From NCBI GenBank assembly GCA_947627505.1, contig CANQWG010000003.1, positions 5,504 to 69,503 on the forward strand: a stretch of DNA of 64,000 nucleotides. The letters run 5' to 3'. The position numbers were made by a program, and so were the translations under genes. Below are positions 17,483-28,112 of this stretch, piece after piece; position 1 is the stretch's first letter; the number at the start of each line of letters is the position of its first letter. The notes under the pieces were generated by a model, which had not been told where the DNA came from, did not search any database, and saw only the letters and a program-made list of their open reading frames with translations. Source of the DNA: an uncultured Bacilli bacterium (GTDB taxonomy: Bacteria > Bacillota_I > Bacilli_A > RFN20 > CAG-449).

Positions 17483-18703
17483 ATGAAAAAAAGTTTTGGT
17501 ATTATTTTAATTTCTACTATTTTTTTAATAAGTTGCCAACAGGCAACAAGTGTAGAAACCAGTGGAGAATCCTCGAATAATTCAATTTCAAGTAGTGAAA
17601 TGTCCGAAGATTTCCATTCATCTAATACCTTTGAATCCGAAGATTTCAGTTCATCTGATACCTTCGAATTTGAATTTGATCGACACTATAAATCAAATTC
17701 TTGGGATGAACAACTTTTAAAAGCGATTGCCTATTTTACAGGTGAAGAAAATAGTAATCTAGTTCCGTCGGTGAATGCAGATAGCTATGAATATTACTTT
17801 ACTATTGATGAATATTCTAGCGTGGATATTCTTGTCATCAATTGTAATAATATTAATCCTGATACAGTCGTAGAAACTTATGAGAAAAGTTTAACAGCAA
17901 ATGGCTTCCAGCTAGGAGAACAACCTTATGGATTTATGGAACTCAATGTTACAGATGATTTAATGGTTCAATATGCTCTTGGAGAAACGAATCTACTCCA
18001 TCCTGATCCATATCTAGAACTGATTGTCTATACATACGCGACAAGAATGGTAGAATGGCCAAAAAATGCCATTTCTCTCATTACCGCGGAAGAAGTTCCG
18101 GAAGTGAAAGCAAAATCTTATGAAGCCATAGTAGATTATGATATTTATTATAGGCCTAGATTAGATATTATTTGTTATAATACGGATTATCGTTCTGTAA
18201 GTGAATATGAAGCAATTTTAGAAAACGCAGGTTATACCATTGAAAAAAGCATCAATCTATCGACCGCGGTAACTGAAAAAGGAACAAGAATCATGTATTC
18301 CTTTGATACTTACGATTATTCACTTACTCTATATGTCTCTAATGATTGGCCTTATGTTGATATCATGGCACTGCTAGGATTTGATCTTCCTAGATTAGAT
18401 GTAAGTGGCGCAGAATTCTCTTTCCAATATTATACTTATGATGATGGTTCAGAATCCTTAGCGTTATATTATGAGCCTGTTGCTAAATCCTCTCTTGCAA
18501 CTTACGGCTCATTACTTGAAGAGATTGAATTTAGTCAATATGGTCAAGAAACAACAGAAGTTTATAATGAAGGAACAGTAGATCAACTTACAATCACTTC
18601 AAGAGATTATCTTATGAATGAAGGGGATGAAGAAAATGAACATTGGATTCAACTCTTATATTGTGAAGAACAAAGTTCATTAGCAATCGTAATTTATTGG
18701 TAA
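17483..18703 (+). CDS. lipoprotein (paralogous family member)
   Basis: Signal peptide with lipobox LISC; RBS AAGGAGGA; Ser-rich acidic linker. Confidence 0.7.
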   Translation: MKKSFGIILISTIFLISCQQATSVETSGESSNNSISSSEMSEDFHSSNTFESEDFSSSDTFEFEFDRHYKSNSWDEQLLKAIAYFTGEENSNLVPSVNADSYEYYFTIDEYSSVDILVINCNNINPDTVVETYEKSLTANGFQLGEQPYGFMELNVTDDLMVQYALGETNLLHPDPYLELIVYTYATRMVEWPKNAISLITAEEVPEVKAKSYEAIVDYDIYYRPRLDIICYNTDYRSVSEYEAILENAGYTIEKSINLSTAVTEKGTRIMYSFDTYDYSLTLYVSNDWPYVDIMALLGFDLPRLDVSGAEFSFQYYTYDDGSESLALYYEPVAKSSLATYGSLLEEIEFSQYGQETTEVYNEGTVDQLTITSRDYLMNEGDEENEHWIQLLYCEEQSSLAIVIYW

Positions 18704-18729
18704 TAAAAATTTATGAAAGGAAAATAATT

Positions 18730-21700
18730 ATGAAAAAATGTCAAATATTTGTACTATCCGCGACAATATTAGCCTTAGTAGCATGTAATAATCCTGTACA
18801 AGAATCAACGACATCTAATAATTCTAATGATTCTAGTACACCTCTTACTTCTGAAACCTCATCTAATAGTGATGGTAATTCAAGTAATGTAGAAACATCA
18901 AGTTCTACTAATACAAGTATGACCCAAAATCAAGCATTAGCCCTATTTAATAGCGCATTACAAAAGAATTATAGTAATGTTACAATCTATAGTACAATGT
19001 ATGAAAGTGATTGGGCCGATGAATATAATACTGTTCAAACATCTGAAACCGAATTCATGAATGATGGCTATTTGTTATATTATAGTAACACATTGGCTGA
19101 AGCGGGTTATTCAGCAGAAGATTGTTATTCTTTATATTATATTGATGATCAAGATAGAAGCTATTTATATTTTGAGAGCGATTATTCTCATGCTTGTGCC
19201 GAATGGCAAGGTGGATATTTACAACAAGGATTAAGCAATGCAGATTTATCCGTTTGGATTGCATATGTATATCTTCCTCACATTTTAAAGAAACTTTCGG
19301 TAGATGTAGTAAGATATGATGCTGCTACTGGTTACTACATGGTAACTGATCAAACTGTGATCGATGCATTAAATGCTGATGGATTCGGCTTAGTTTCTTT
19401 TGATTTTGCTACTGTTGCATTAAGTATTGGTAGCAATGGTTACTTTAATCAAATCATTGCTTTAGCGGATGGTAGTACATTAGATAATCCTGAACTCTAC
19501 GTCAATGTTTCCTTGTCTAATTTTGGTACAACTGTATTTCCATCAACTTACACAATCGAACAACCATTTGCACCAGAAAATGTGAAAAGATACTATCAAA
19601 TGATGGGCTGGGAACACGATTATGAAGATGCTTATTATAATGACGCAACAGTATCTCTAAAAGACGAACAAGATAAAGATTATACTACTGGAGCACCAGA
19701 TGGTTATGATGCTATCATGAACGTAGATGATGTAATTGATTTACAATACGCCTTGACCCCTACCTCGTTTGAACCATGGCAAATCGAACATGATGCCGAA
19801 GTAGAATGGCATTGGACAAATGGAATGTTTAATAAAGTAAATGATAGTCTTTCCAATGGCAAATTTAGAGCCGTTAACACTAATGGTGGAGATGGTGAAA
19901 TTTGGGTCACATTTACCGGAGCTTATGGTGAGCAACAAACATCCAATAAAATTAAGATTAAAGTGAATGCCTTACCTGATCAAGATAAGACCGGAGCAAT
20001 CTATGACTTTAATTGGACTAATATACAATTAAATTCCGAAGGTGGAAAAGATAAAGAATTTAAGGAAATTACCGCTATTAATGAAGCGCCAAATTCTAAA
20101 GCTTTATACACCATTACTGCCGGTATGAATGTTAGTTTAATCGATGGAAGTAATGGTCAATTAGCAAATTACTTTGAATCTGGTAGACAATATTTAACCT
20201 TTAGTCCAACCGCAAACGATGCCTTGAATCATGATCGAAAAGATGATTTAATCTTCGATTTCGGTGAACAACAAGTCTCTAAGATTTCCTTCAAATATGG
20301 TTTCTTCTATGAAAATCATGCTACGAACAAAGATAAAATTAATCATGTATACATTGAAACGAAAGATGATGATCAATGGTACAAAGAAGTTCCAGTAGAA
20401 GGTAGCGGAACAAAGACCGAGCCAATCTCACCAGACGAAGCAAAATGGTATGTCGATATTGCTGACGAAATTAAAGAGAATATTTCTACAAGCTTCATGA
20501 AAACATATGAAGCCACATTTGAACCAACATCTCATGTTAGAATTGATATTCCTTTAGCAAATACTGTTGGAACACCATTACAAATTTGTATTGATTCTGT
20601 GTGTTTCTTTGCGGATGAAAATTGTCATAACTATGTTGCCCCAGAAGATCAACCTGTAACAGGCATAAATCTTACTCCCGAAACAGCAACTGTATTTGTC
20701 GGTAAACAACAAACGATCAATGCTCAAGTCTTACCTCAAGGTGCGGATAGTACATTAACATGGCATGTTGAAGAAGAAAAAGACGACATCGTTGCAGTTG
20801 AAAACGGAAAAGTCACAGGAAAAGCTCCTGGTGTTGCTAAAATATGGGCTACATCTGATAAAGGAGAAGATGGTCAAACCATCACCTCTAATCAAGTCAC
20901 AATCACCGTTGAAAATGAACCTGATTTTACTGAATATGTCGGTAAAAAATATAATGATTCACAAGTAGATGTTACCCTTACATTTGTGAATAGTAATACT
21001 ATTGCATTAGATGGTATTCAGTCTGAAAAAATTACAGCAACCATCGAAAGTGTTGTAAAAAAGAATAATGAACCTTATTACACAATGAAAATTGCTGATG
21101 ATGGAGGAACATTCCATTTAACAGTATCTAGCTCTAGTGCATTTATCACCGAATATCCGGGTTCATTGAAAACATCATATTCCTTTTCGGTAATTGGAGA
21201 GGTTAAATCTGCTTATTTAACTATGAGTGGAAATAGAGTAAATGAAGATCAAATATATGAAGTTTTCGCTAATGACGGTTCTACATATCTTACAGTTAAA
21301 CCGGACAATTCATCAGCTCCCTTTACAGTAGACGTACAATCTAGCGATTCCTCTGTAAATGTAAGTTATGAATCCAGTAACAAAACAATAACTGTTCAAT
21401 TTACTCAAGCAAATGAAGAAGTGACGCTTACTGTTACTTTAACAGACGAATATAATAATGTAACCACGATGACAGTTAAGTTCAAAGTAAAAGAAAAAGT
21501 ATACCCAACGTCTGAGGCTGATTTTGAAATTAAAACCGATAAAGATGTCAATGAAATCAAAACCGGAAATACCGTTCAATTCTCTATCAATTGGTTAAAT
21601 GACAAAATTAATCAGAACAAAGATGAAGTTACTTGGTCTGTTCAAAATGAAACTGAAGGTGGAGATCCCCTTGCTACTATTAACTCAAAAACCGGTAAAT

Positions 21701-22107
21701 TCGAAGCTATCGGCGAAGGAAATGTTATAGTCACCTGTACAGTTAAGGGTGAAGGAAGTACTACCATTTCAAAGACTATGACAATTACCATTCAAAAGAA
21801 CGACGTTGAAAATCCTACACCAGGAGACATTTGGGGAAATTATACTGGATGGGATGATTATAGTACTTACGAATTTACTTTGGATATCGATGTAAATGGG
21901 GCAACGCTGACAATTGTTGATGGTACTGGTGCATCATATCATTTTACGTTCAGTAAAAAAGATGGAAGTTACTATGAATTTACACTTGATGATGACCCAA
22001 CGGTGACTCTGTATGTTAATGATGGAGGAATGATGTTTAGCGATGATGGTGCTTATATTTATGATAAAGAAGATGCAATGTTCGGAAGTTCGGTATATTT
22101 TGATTAA
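18730..22107 (+). CDS. large surface lipoprotein with bacterial Ig-like (Big_2) domains
   Basis: Start MKKCQIF with lipobox LVAC and RBS AAAGGA; at least two Big_2-like segments (VTGINLTPETATVFVGKQQTINAQVLP..., ...TVQFSINWLN...GEGNVIVTCTV); 1125 aa. Confidence 0.7.
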   Translation: MKKCQIFVLSATILALVACNNPVQESTTSNNSNDSSTPLTSETSSNSDGNSSNVETSSSTNTSMTQNQALALFNSALQKNYSNVTIYSTMYESDWADEYNTVQTSETEFMNDGYLLYYSNTLAEAGYSAEDCYSLYYIDDQDRSYLYFESDYSHACAEWQGGYLQQGLSNADLSVWIAYVYLPHILKKLSVDVVRYDAATGYYMVTDQTVIDALNADGFGLVSFDFATVALSIGSNGYFNQIIALADGSTLDNPELYVNVSLSNFGTTVFPSTYTIEQPFAPENVKRYYQMMGWEHDYEDAYYNDATVSLKDEQDKDYTTGAPDGYDAIMNVDDVIDLQYALTPTSFEPWQIEHDAEVEWHWTNGMFNKVNDSLSNGKFRAVNTNGGDGEIWVTFTGAYGEQQTSNKIKIKVNALPDQDKTGAIYDFNWTNIQLNSEGGKDKEFKEITAINEAPNSKALYTITAGMNVSLIDGSNGQLANYFESGRQYLTFSPTANDALNHDRKDDLIFDFGEQQVSKISFKYGFFYENHATNKDKINHVYIETKDDDQWYKEVPVEGSGTKTEPISPDEAKWYVDIADEIKENISTSFMKTYEATFEPTSHVRIDIPLANTVGTPLQICIDSVCFFADENCHNYVAPEDQPVTGINLTPETATVFVGKQQTINAQVLPQGADSTLTWHVEEEKDDIVAVENGKVTGKAPGVAKIWATSDKGEDGQTITSNQVTITVENEPDFTEYVGKKYNDSQVDVTLTFVNSNTIALDGIQSEKITATIESVVKKNNEPYYTMKIADDGGTFHLTVSSSSAFITEYPGSLKTSYSFSVIGEVKSAYLTMSGNRVNEDQIYEVFANDGSTYLTVKPDNSSAPFTVDVQSSDSSVNVSYESSNKTITVQFTQANEEVTLTVTLTDEYNNVTTMTVKFKVKEKVYPTSEADFEIKTDKDVNEIKTGNTVQFSINWLNDKINQNKDEVTWSVQNETEGGDPLATINSKTGKFEAIGEGNVIVTCTVKGEGSTTISKTMTITIQKNDVENPTPGDIWGNYTGWDDYSTYEFTLDIDVNGATLTIVDGTGASYHFTFSKKDGSYYEFTLDDDPTVTLYVNDGGMMFSDDGAYIYDKEDAMFGSSVYFD

Positions 22108-22131
22108 TAATAAAGGAATAAAAATTAATTT

Positions 22132-22998
22132 ATGAAACGCATTATAGGTACTGGACTATTAATAACAACCCTATTTTTAGGGATGGGATGCACTGAGACT
22201 ATAGAAGATTCAACCGCGGTTGAATCTTCTAGTGATGCTACCACTTCAGAAGTTATTAGTGAACCCTCTTTTCTAGACAGTAAATGGGGTAGAGAGTACA
22301 ATGAAACTATCATTGGCAATTTGGGCACAGATATTCCTTATATTTCCGTTCCGAATTATGAGGTTGTAGAAAGTGAAGATGATTTCGGCGATCCTCTTAT
22401 CATCATTTATTTATACTTTGAAGAAAGTGAATTAGCTTCCAAACTAGAAGAATATGCTCTTATTTGTCAAAATGAAGGATATGTTGTATCTCTAGAACAA
22501 TCGGGATATGTAGATCCTAATAATGGAGATAGCTATACATATGATGTCTATTTTGCAGATAAAGAAATCGATGATAAACTTGGCATAGAATTACAATTTC
22601 TCGAAGGACAAAACAATGGTAAAGAATGTTTAGGTATCTTTGCATATAACTATGTTGTAGATGATCCATATGCATGGCCTACAAATTTAGTCACTTCTTT
22701 ATTAGGTCATGATGTTCCTCATCTAGAGGATGAAGGTAACTATACCTACAATGTTCACATCAATTCCGATGGCGCAGGTGGTAAATACATCGATATGATT
22801 ATTCAAGGAGTTGCGACGACCGCGGAGGAAGATTATATAACCATTCTTGAAGCAGCAGGATATCATGTTGAAAAAGATTTATATGATCCTGAAACATATG
22901 AATATATGGGAAATATGGCTTATGATAAAGATATGAGTCATGTCATTCAATTTGGTTTATCTCAATATGGACTCGAAATTTATATCTGGTTAATATAA
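22132..22998 (+). CDS. lipoprotein (paralogous family member)
   Basis: Lipobox LGMGC; shares the [EY]xxxLxxAGYxxE module with the two upstream lipoproteins. Confidence 0.7.
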   Translation: MKRIIGTGLLITTLFLGMGCTETIEDSTAVESSSDATTSEVISEPSFLDSKWGREYNETIIGNLGTDIPYISVPNYEVVESEDDFGDPLIIIYLYFEESELASKLEEYALICQNEGYVVSLEQSGYVDPNNGDSYTYDVYFADKEIDDKLGIELQFLEGQNNGKECLGIFAYNYVVDDPYAWPTNLVTSLLGHDVPHLEDEGNYTYNVHINSDGAGGKYIDMIIQGVATTAEEDYITILEAAGYHVEKDLYDPETYEYMGNMAYDKDMSHVIQFGLSQYGLEIYIWLI

Positions 22999-23023
22999 TC
23001 ATTAAAATTTAGCATTTATGAAA

Positions 23024-23056
23024 AGTAGAAATAAGCAATTGATTTCTACTTTTTTT
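23024..23056 (+). terminator. rho-independent terminator
   Basis: AGTAGAAATaagcaattgATTTCTACT followed by T6. Confidence 0.75.
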
Positions 23057-23132
23057 GTGGAATTTTCTATTTAGCAAATAAAACACTTATAAAATCTTAT
23101 TTATGAAACAATTTAGTCTTATATGACATTTA

Positions 23133-23160
23133 TAAAAACAGCATGAATAATCATGCTGCT
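23133..23160 (-). terminator. rho-independent terminator overlapping the stop codon of the 23151-23717 gene
   Basis: CAGCATGAataaTCATGCTG flanked by an A5 run on plus (U-run on minus). Confidence 0.65.
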
Positions 23161-23717
23161 TTTTCTAATTCAATTGGAGTTCCTTCAAGATAGAGATAAG
23201 TTTCATTTATGATGGTCGCATTAGGATCATCAAGTACTTCGAGAGAATAATTACCATAATTATCCCAAAATTCAATGATACACTCTTCATCGCTAGTTGC
23301 GACAAACGTAAAATAACCATTGCTTTCAGTATGATTATAATTTATCGCAGGATTTGCACTTGCTTTACGAATTAAAGATAAAGAAACATTATCATCTTCA
23401 TATACATTTGTTAAAACAATGGCATCATCTGCTATTGCTAAAGTAAAATCACTCGAAGCAATATCATAACCATTATATGTTCCTAAAATAGATTGCCACT
23501 TAGCATCCCCTTTAATTTCATCCTCTGTTTTTTCACTGGATGTTGGAGTTTCTGAAACACTTGAAGAATCAAATGGATTAAATTCTAAACTGTTCTTTGA
23601 ATCGATTAGTTCTCCTTGTACACTTTGTGATGAACTTTCGACACTTGCAATTTGTGTTTCTTGACATGAGATTAATAATAGACCTAATAGACTAAATAAG
23701 ACGATGCGTTTTTTCAT
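23151..23717 (-). CDS. lipoprotein
   Basis: Lipobox LISC; 188 aa; last gene of the MoxR-VWA operon. Confidence 0.65.
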   Translation of the reverse strand: MKKRIVLFSLLGLLLISCQETQIASVESSSQSVQGELIDSKNSLEFNPFDSSSVSETPTSSEKTEDEIKGDAKWQSILGTYNGYDIASSDFTLAIADDAIVLTNVYEDDNVSLSLIRKASANPAINYNHTESNGYFTFVATSDEECIIEFWDNYGNYSLEVLDDPNATIINETYLYLEGTPIELEKAA

Positions 23718-26296
23718 TTTCTTTTTCTCCTTTTTAAGGCTTTCAGATCGCTAAAGCGTAATTTACGAATCATGATATCTACGATGAATAAGATTACTAT
23801 GACTAAGATTAGATATAAACTAATACTATCGTAGAATCGTGAACTTGCTTCATCATAAGAGATGACATAATCATAATCTATAGCGACAATTCCGTTTTCA
23901 CCGACAATTTGATATAAAAGTTCTTCGTCGGTAGAATGAAAATAATCATATTCTTTTGAGTAAGAAAAGTCAAAATATTTCGTATCACGATATGTATTTT
24001 CTCCATTATGGTAAATTAAATCTAAAGTATATAAACCAATTTGCTCTACATTAAAGCTCATTTGATATGTAGTAACTTCATTTCTAAAGTATTTAGCTTC
24101 TTCTTTTGTGCCATCTGGATGAGTTAAAATGACCTCTAGATAGGCATTATTATTTAATAAATCAAGATTTACCGTACAATCGGCGCTATAGCCATTCGTG
24201 GATATTTCTACATCATAAATGGTCGATACTCTTTCACTCGGTTCTAGATAATGAACCATATTATTTAATAGCGCCCTTCCTCCAGAAGAGATGTATAAAT
24301 CGCTTGCCCAAGAAGAATTTAAATCACTCGTAAAGGACATCACTTTACCCTTTCCAAAATTCCAATAGGCTAATAAAGGTACTTCACGTTCACCACCTAG
24401 ATCATTTGTATAAGTGACTGTATAAATCGTCGAGGCACTTCCTTTAATTCTCGAAAAGTTGTACCCATGAATAGAAGGTAAATTAGTCACATTTTCCATC
24501 ACAGGATCATTTTGATACTTATTGTGGATTTCAAAAGTACCCTCGACACGCGTATTGGTGATTTCATCTGCGACGGATTGTAAGATGACATCGACGATAT
24601 CTTCACTTTGATTGATATAATAATAAGTTCCATTTCCCTCATTTGCTAAAGTGGATAATAAGGAGGCTCCATCTTTTGAGGAAATATTCAAGAAAGAACA
24701 AGCAATATTATTTCTTGTCATATTGTTAACAGCCATGATTAAAGCAATGGGATCATCCGCGGGTAAACCATCGGATAAGACAATGACATTCTTTGTTTCG
24801 AAATTTGCATTGCGAAGTTGCGAATCCGCTTCTAATAAACCTCCACGCATATTTGTAGCGTACGATGTTTGAATGTTATTGATTGCATTAATAATTTGTT
24901 CTCTATTTCTTGCACTTGTAAGGGGCTGAATAACATTGGTTTTGTCTCCAAAAGTGATCACAGTAACATAATCTTGTTCCCCTAGTAAATCTAAACAAGC
25001 AATCGCGCCTTCTTTAGCCTTTTGTAAACGATTTTGTTCATCCATTGATGAAGAGGCGTCAATGACTAAAGCGACGCATTTTGTATCATTTGTTTCAAAT
25101 TGCACCGGTAACATATTGTTATATTTAGACATCGTTTCAGAACTGGTACCAGAAGCATAAGTCGTGCCATATGTGACTAAAGATTTTCCATAAGTCGCCA
25201 CAACTTTTTCTAAATTCGTTACTAATTCTTCATGATGAGGTAAACCCACAATATTTGCATTTGCAAATACAAATTCATCATATTTACATAAATCTTCAAG
25301 AAGATAAGGAGTTTCCTCACGATTAAAGAAAGGATCAATCACACAATTTTCATTATAAAGAGCGGCAATGGTATTACAATCTGAATATTTATCTCCGACA
25401 ATCATCACTTTATATTCATCTACAACTTCTTGAACAAAATATTTAATATTATTTCTTTCGTCATCTTGTTCATTTCCTTTTACTTCAAGATGATAAGAAT
25501 GATTACCTTTAGTTTCCGTATTTAAAGCAAACTCAATGATATTAATTCCCTTCATTAAGCTTAAATTTTTTGTTTCTTTTACTTTATCATCTTCATAGAG
25601 GGTACATGGAACTCGCATTTGATTTCCTGCTTGAATAGAAGCTTTTACCGTTTCATTTCGATCGATATAAGTTTTATTAATATAATCTAAACTATTAATT
25701 TGGACATCATAATCATGAACTTCATGGTCTAAATAGATAGCGTCGACTTGAATATTTTTGCTTTGAATATCGATCATGGCTCTTAAAACATGATTATCTG
25801 TTTCCCCGCCATCGGAGATAAGAATCATCTTTTTAAAGACATTATCATGATACAAAGTAGAGGTATATTGAATGGCACTTTCAATATTCGTCGCACTTTT
25901 ATCTACACTAGATTCTTTAACACTTCTTAAAGCGCTGTCTAAAGGAGATAATAGTTCGTAATTTTTAGCAAAGGTTACAACACCCATCGAAGAATGATTA
26001 TCTAAATGAGCATAAATCTTTTGAATTTGTTCATCGATTTTATCTAGTTCATCGTTATTGGATTCGGAAACATCGGCAAGAACATAGACTTCACTATCTT
26101 CATTGGACTTCAAAAAGGAAACATCGACACACGCGGTAGTGATAAGTAAAGCAATAAGCAGATGAATGATTAAGGAGATAATATTCTTAGGACTCTTCTT
26201 TCCTGCTTTCATACGAATAAAGGGCACTAAGATAAGTGCTAATAAGGGAATAATTAATAAGAATAACCATGGATGAGCAAATTTAATATTGTTCAT
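23714..26296 (-). CDS. membrane-anchored protein with two von Willebrand factor A domains (Bat-like)
   Basis: BatA-like N-terminal TM region; MIDAS motifs DVSES and DASSS; 860 aa. Confidence 0.7.
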   Translation of the reverse strand: MNNIKFAHPWLFLLIIPLLALILVPFIRMKAGKKSPKNIISLIIHLLIALLITTACVDVSFLKSNEDSEVYVLADVSESNNDELDKIDEQIQKIYAHLDNHSSMGVVTFAKNYELLSPLDSALRSVKESSVDKSATNIESAIQYTSTLYHDNVFKKMILISDGGETDNHVLRAMIDIQSKNIQVDAIYLDHEVHDYDVQINSLDYINKTYIDRNETVKASIQAGNQMRVPCTLYEDDKVKETKNLSLMKGINIIEFALNTETKGNHSYHLEVKGNEQDDERNNIKYFVQEVVDEYKVMIVGDKYSDCNTIAALYNENCVIDPFFNREETPYLLEDLCKYDEFVFANANIVGLPHHEELVTNLEKVVATYGKSLVTYGTTYASGTSSETMSKYNNMLPVQFETNDTKCVALVIDASSSMDEQNRLQKAKEGAIACLDLLGEQDYVTVITFGDKTNVIQPLTSARNREQIINAINNIQTSYATNMRGGLLEADSQLRNANFETKNVIVLSDGLPADDPIALIMAVNNMTRNNIACSFLNISSKDGASLLSTLANEGNGTYYYINQSEDIVDVILQSVADEITNTRVEGTFEIHNKYQNDPVMENVTNLPSIHGYNFSRIKGSASTIYTVTYTNDLGGEREVPLLAYWNFGKGKVMSFTSDLNSSWASDLYISSGGRALLNNMVHYLEPSERVSTIYDVEISTNGYSADCTVNLDLLNNNAYLEVILTHPDGTKEEAKYFRNEVTTYQMSFNVEQIGLYTLDLIYHNGENTYRDTKYFDFSYSKEYDYFHSTDEELLYQIVGENGIVAIDYDYVISYDEASSRFYDSISLYLILVIVILFIVDIMIRKLRFSDLKALKRRKRK

Positions 26297-28112
26297 GAGC
26301 GTACACCATCCAATCTAAAATAAAGAAAATAGCCCCAAGAAGAACAATGATCATCAATTGATCGACAATCGAGGTATTTCTTATAATATTCGCATTTTCA
26401 ACAAGGGCAAAAGAAGCGTCTTTTGTCACAGTGACATAACCTTCATCTTTAGAAAATCCAACATAAATAGGATAAGTTCTGGTTTCATTTTGTGAAGTGA
26501 TTTGTACTTTATATGTACCTACTTCTTTTAAACGATAATATTCGATATTTGAATTAAAGGAGATATATTTTACATCTTCGGAAGGAGTCGTAATTCGCGC
26601 ACTTTCAAATCCTGAAGAGACATTGATTTGTAAATCATCTCCCGCGACATAATTTTTATCCTCAATGGGGCTTGGTAAAGAATAATTTAATAAATTTCTC
26701 ATCAAAGGAATAAAATCATATAGAATCGGTAGGTCACTATCATCAAGTGCAAAAGAGAAAACAACCTCTCTAGCGTTATCTTCTGTAGTACCGACAAATA
26801 ATAAAGGAACAGAATCATAACTTAAAATCGTAGTAAAGGGTTCGTATAAACTATATTTATAATATTGATATAGCATCATCTGATTTTGATGAGTTCCTTC
26901 TGTGATTTGCCTATATAAAGGACTATCCTCTCTTTGATAACGGACACTATAAGAAGGCGAAGAAACACGATGATCTTGAACTAAAAATCCTGAATGATCG
27001 ACATTTTGATCAATATTGATAAACCAAACAGAACTATTTTCCGGTAATCTAGATGGAGTATAGCTATCAAAGATATATAAATCATATTCCCCTTCAACAT
27101 AGGCTTCCGGGGCTATGATATCTAAATCATAAATTCCTATCGCGCGAATCATCGCTTGAATATAGAATGGAGACTTACTCACCAAAGCAATCTTCGATTT
27201 ATTTTTGTTCGTCAAAGGATAATAAGAATCTACATTATCTAAAGCTAAACTATCTTCATTATTAATTTTAACACTTGCTTTTTCATATGTTCTTTTTACG
27301 ACATCAAATCGGAACGGAGTTTCTATATCTTTTGTAACACTAATTTCTTGACTTCTTAATTCATTATCATCGAGTAATAAAGATAAAGATAATGTAGTAT
27401 CTTCTTCATAAGATAAAACATTTCCTTCAAAAATAAGACGATTGTTTTCTTCTTTAACCGAAAGATCATAAATCGCATAATTTTGTTCATGATTAGATAA
27501 ATTCACCCATTCAACATTATCAATATGGGTATAAGTTTTATCAGTATAAACGATTAATTTAGATATCTCCCCGTTTTGATAATAAGAAAGTGCAGTATCT
27601 AAAGCATCATCAAGCTCAATATAAGAATCTTCGGGAGTTATGCGATTGCTTAATTGATAAAAGATGTCTTTATCTTGAGTTTTTTTAACAATAGTTTGAG
27701 CCTCACTTCCGGCATAAATTAAAGTATACGTACTTCCTATTAAAGAAGAAGAAACTGTGGAATTCATTTGTTCTTTTGCCATTTCAAATCGAGATTTCCC
27801 AGCTTGAGTAATATTCATACTTCCCGAAGCATCTAAAATAAAACAAATATTCTCGGCTTGATCAGGAAGATAAAAGACAGGATGGGCTAAAGAAATCGAT
27901 AAGAATAATATAGCGATGATTTCAAAGATTAGACTTAATAAGCCTTCAAAACGACGAAGAATCTTCTTTCTTTTTAAGAATTTTTCACTTAATTCAAATA
28001 AATAAGAAGAAGATACAATATGCTCTTTATATCGATTTCTTATAATATAGATAATGATTAAAATCGGTATTCCAATTAAACCTAATAAACCCCATGGATA
28101 TAGAAAACTCAT
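26283..28112 (-). CDS. BatA-like VWA domain protein
   Basis: N-terminus MSFLYPWGLLGLIGIPILIIIYIIRNRY (aerotolerance-regulator N-terminal type); VWA MIDAS ILDASGSM. Confidence 0.75.
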   Translation of the reverse strand: MSFLYPWGLLGLIGIPILIIIYIIRNRYKEHIVSSSYLFELSEKFLKRKKILRRFEGLLSLIFEIIAILFLSISLAHPVFYLPDQAENICFILDASGSMNITQAGKSRFEMAKEQMNSTVSSSLIGSTYTLIYAGSEAQTIVKKTQDKDIFYQLSNRITPEDSYIELDDALDTALSYYQNGEISKLIVYTDKTYTHIDNVEWVNLSNHEQNYAIYDLSVKEENNRLIFEGNVLSYEEDTTLSLSLLLDDNELRSQEISVTKDIETPFRFDVVKRTYEKASVKINNEDSLALDNVDSYYPLTNKNKSKIALVSKSPFYIQAMIRAIGIYDLDIIAPEAYVEGEYDLYIFDSYTPSRLPENSSVWFINIDQNVDHSGFLVQDHRVSSPSYSVRYQREDSPLYRQITEGTHQNQMMLYQYYKYSLYEPFTTILSYDSVPLLFVGTTEDNAREVVFSFALDDSDLPILYDFIPLMRNLLNYSLPSPIEDKNYVAGDDLQINVSSGFESARITTPSEDVKYISFNSNIEYYRLKEVGTYKVQITSQNETRTYPIYVGFSKDEGYVTVTKDASFALVENANIIRNTSIVDQLMIIVLLGAIFFILDWMVYAHEQY

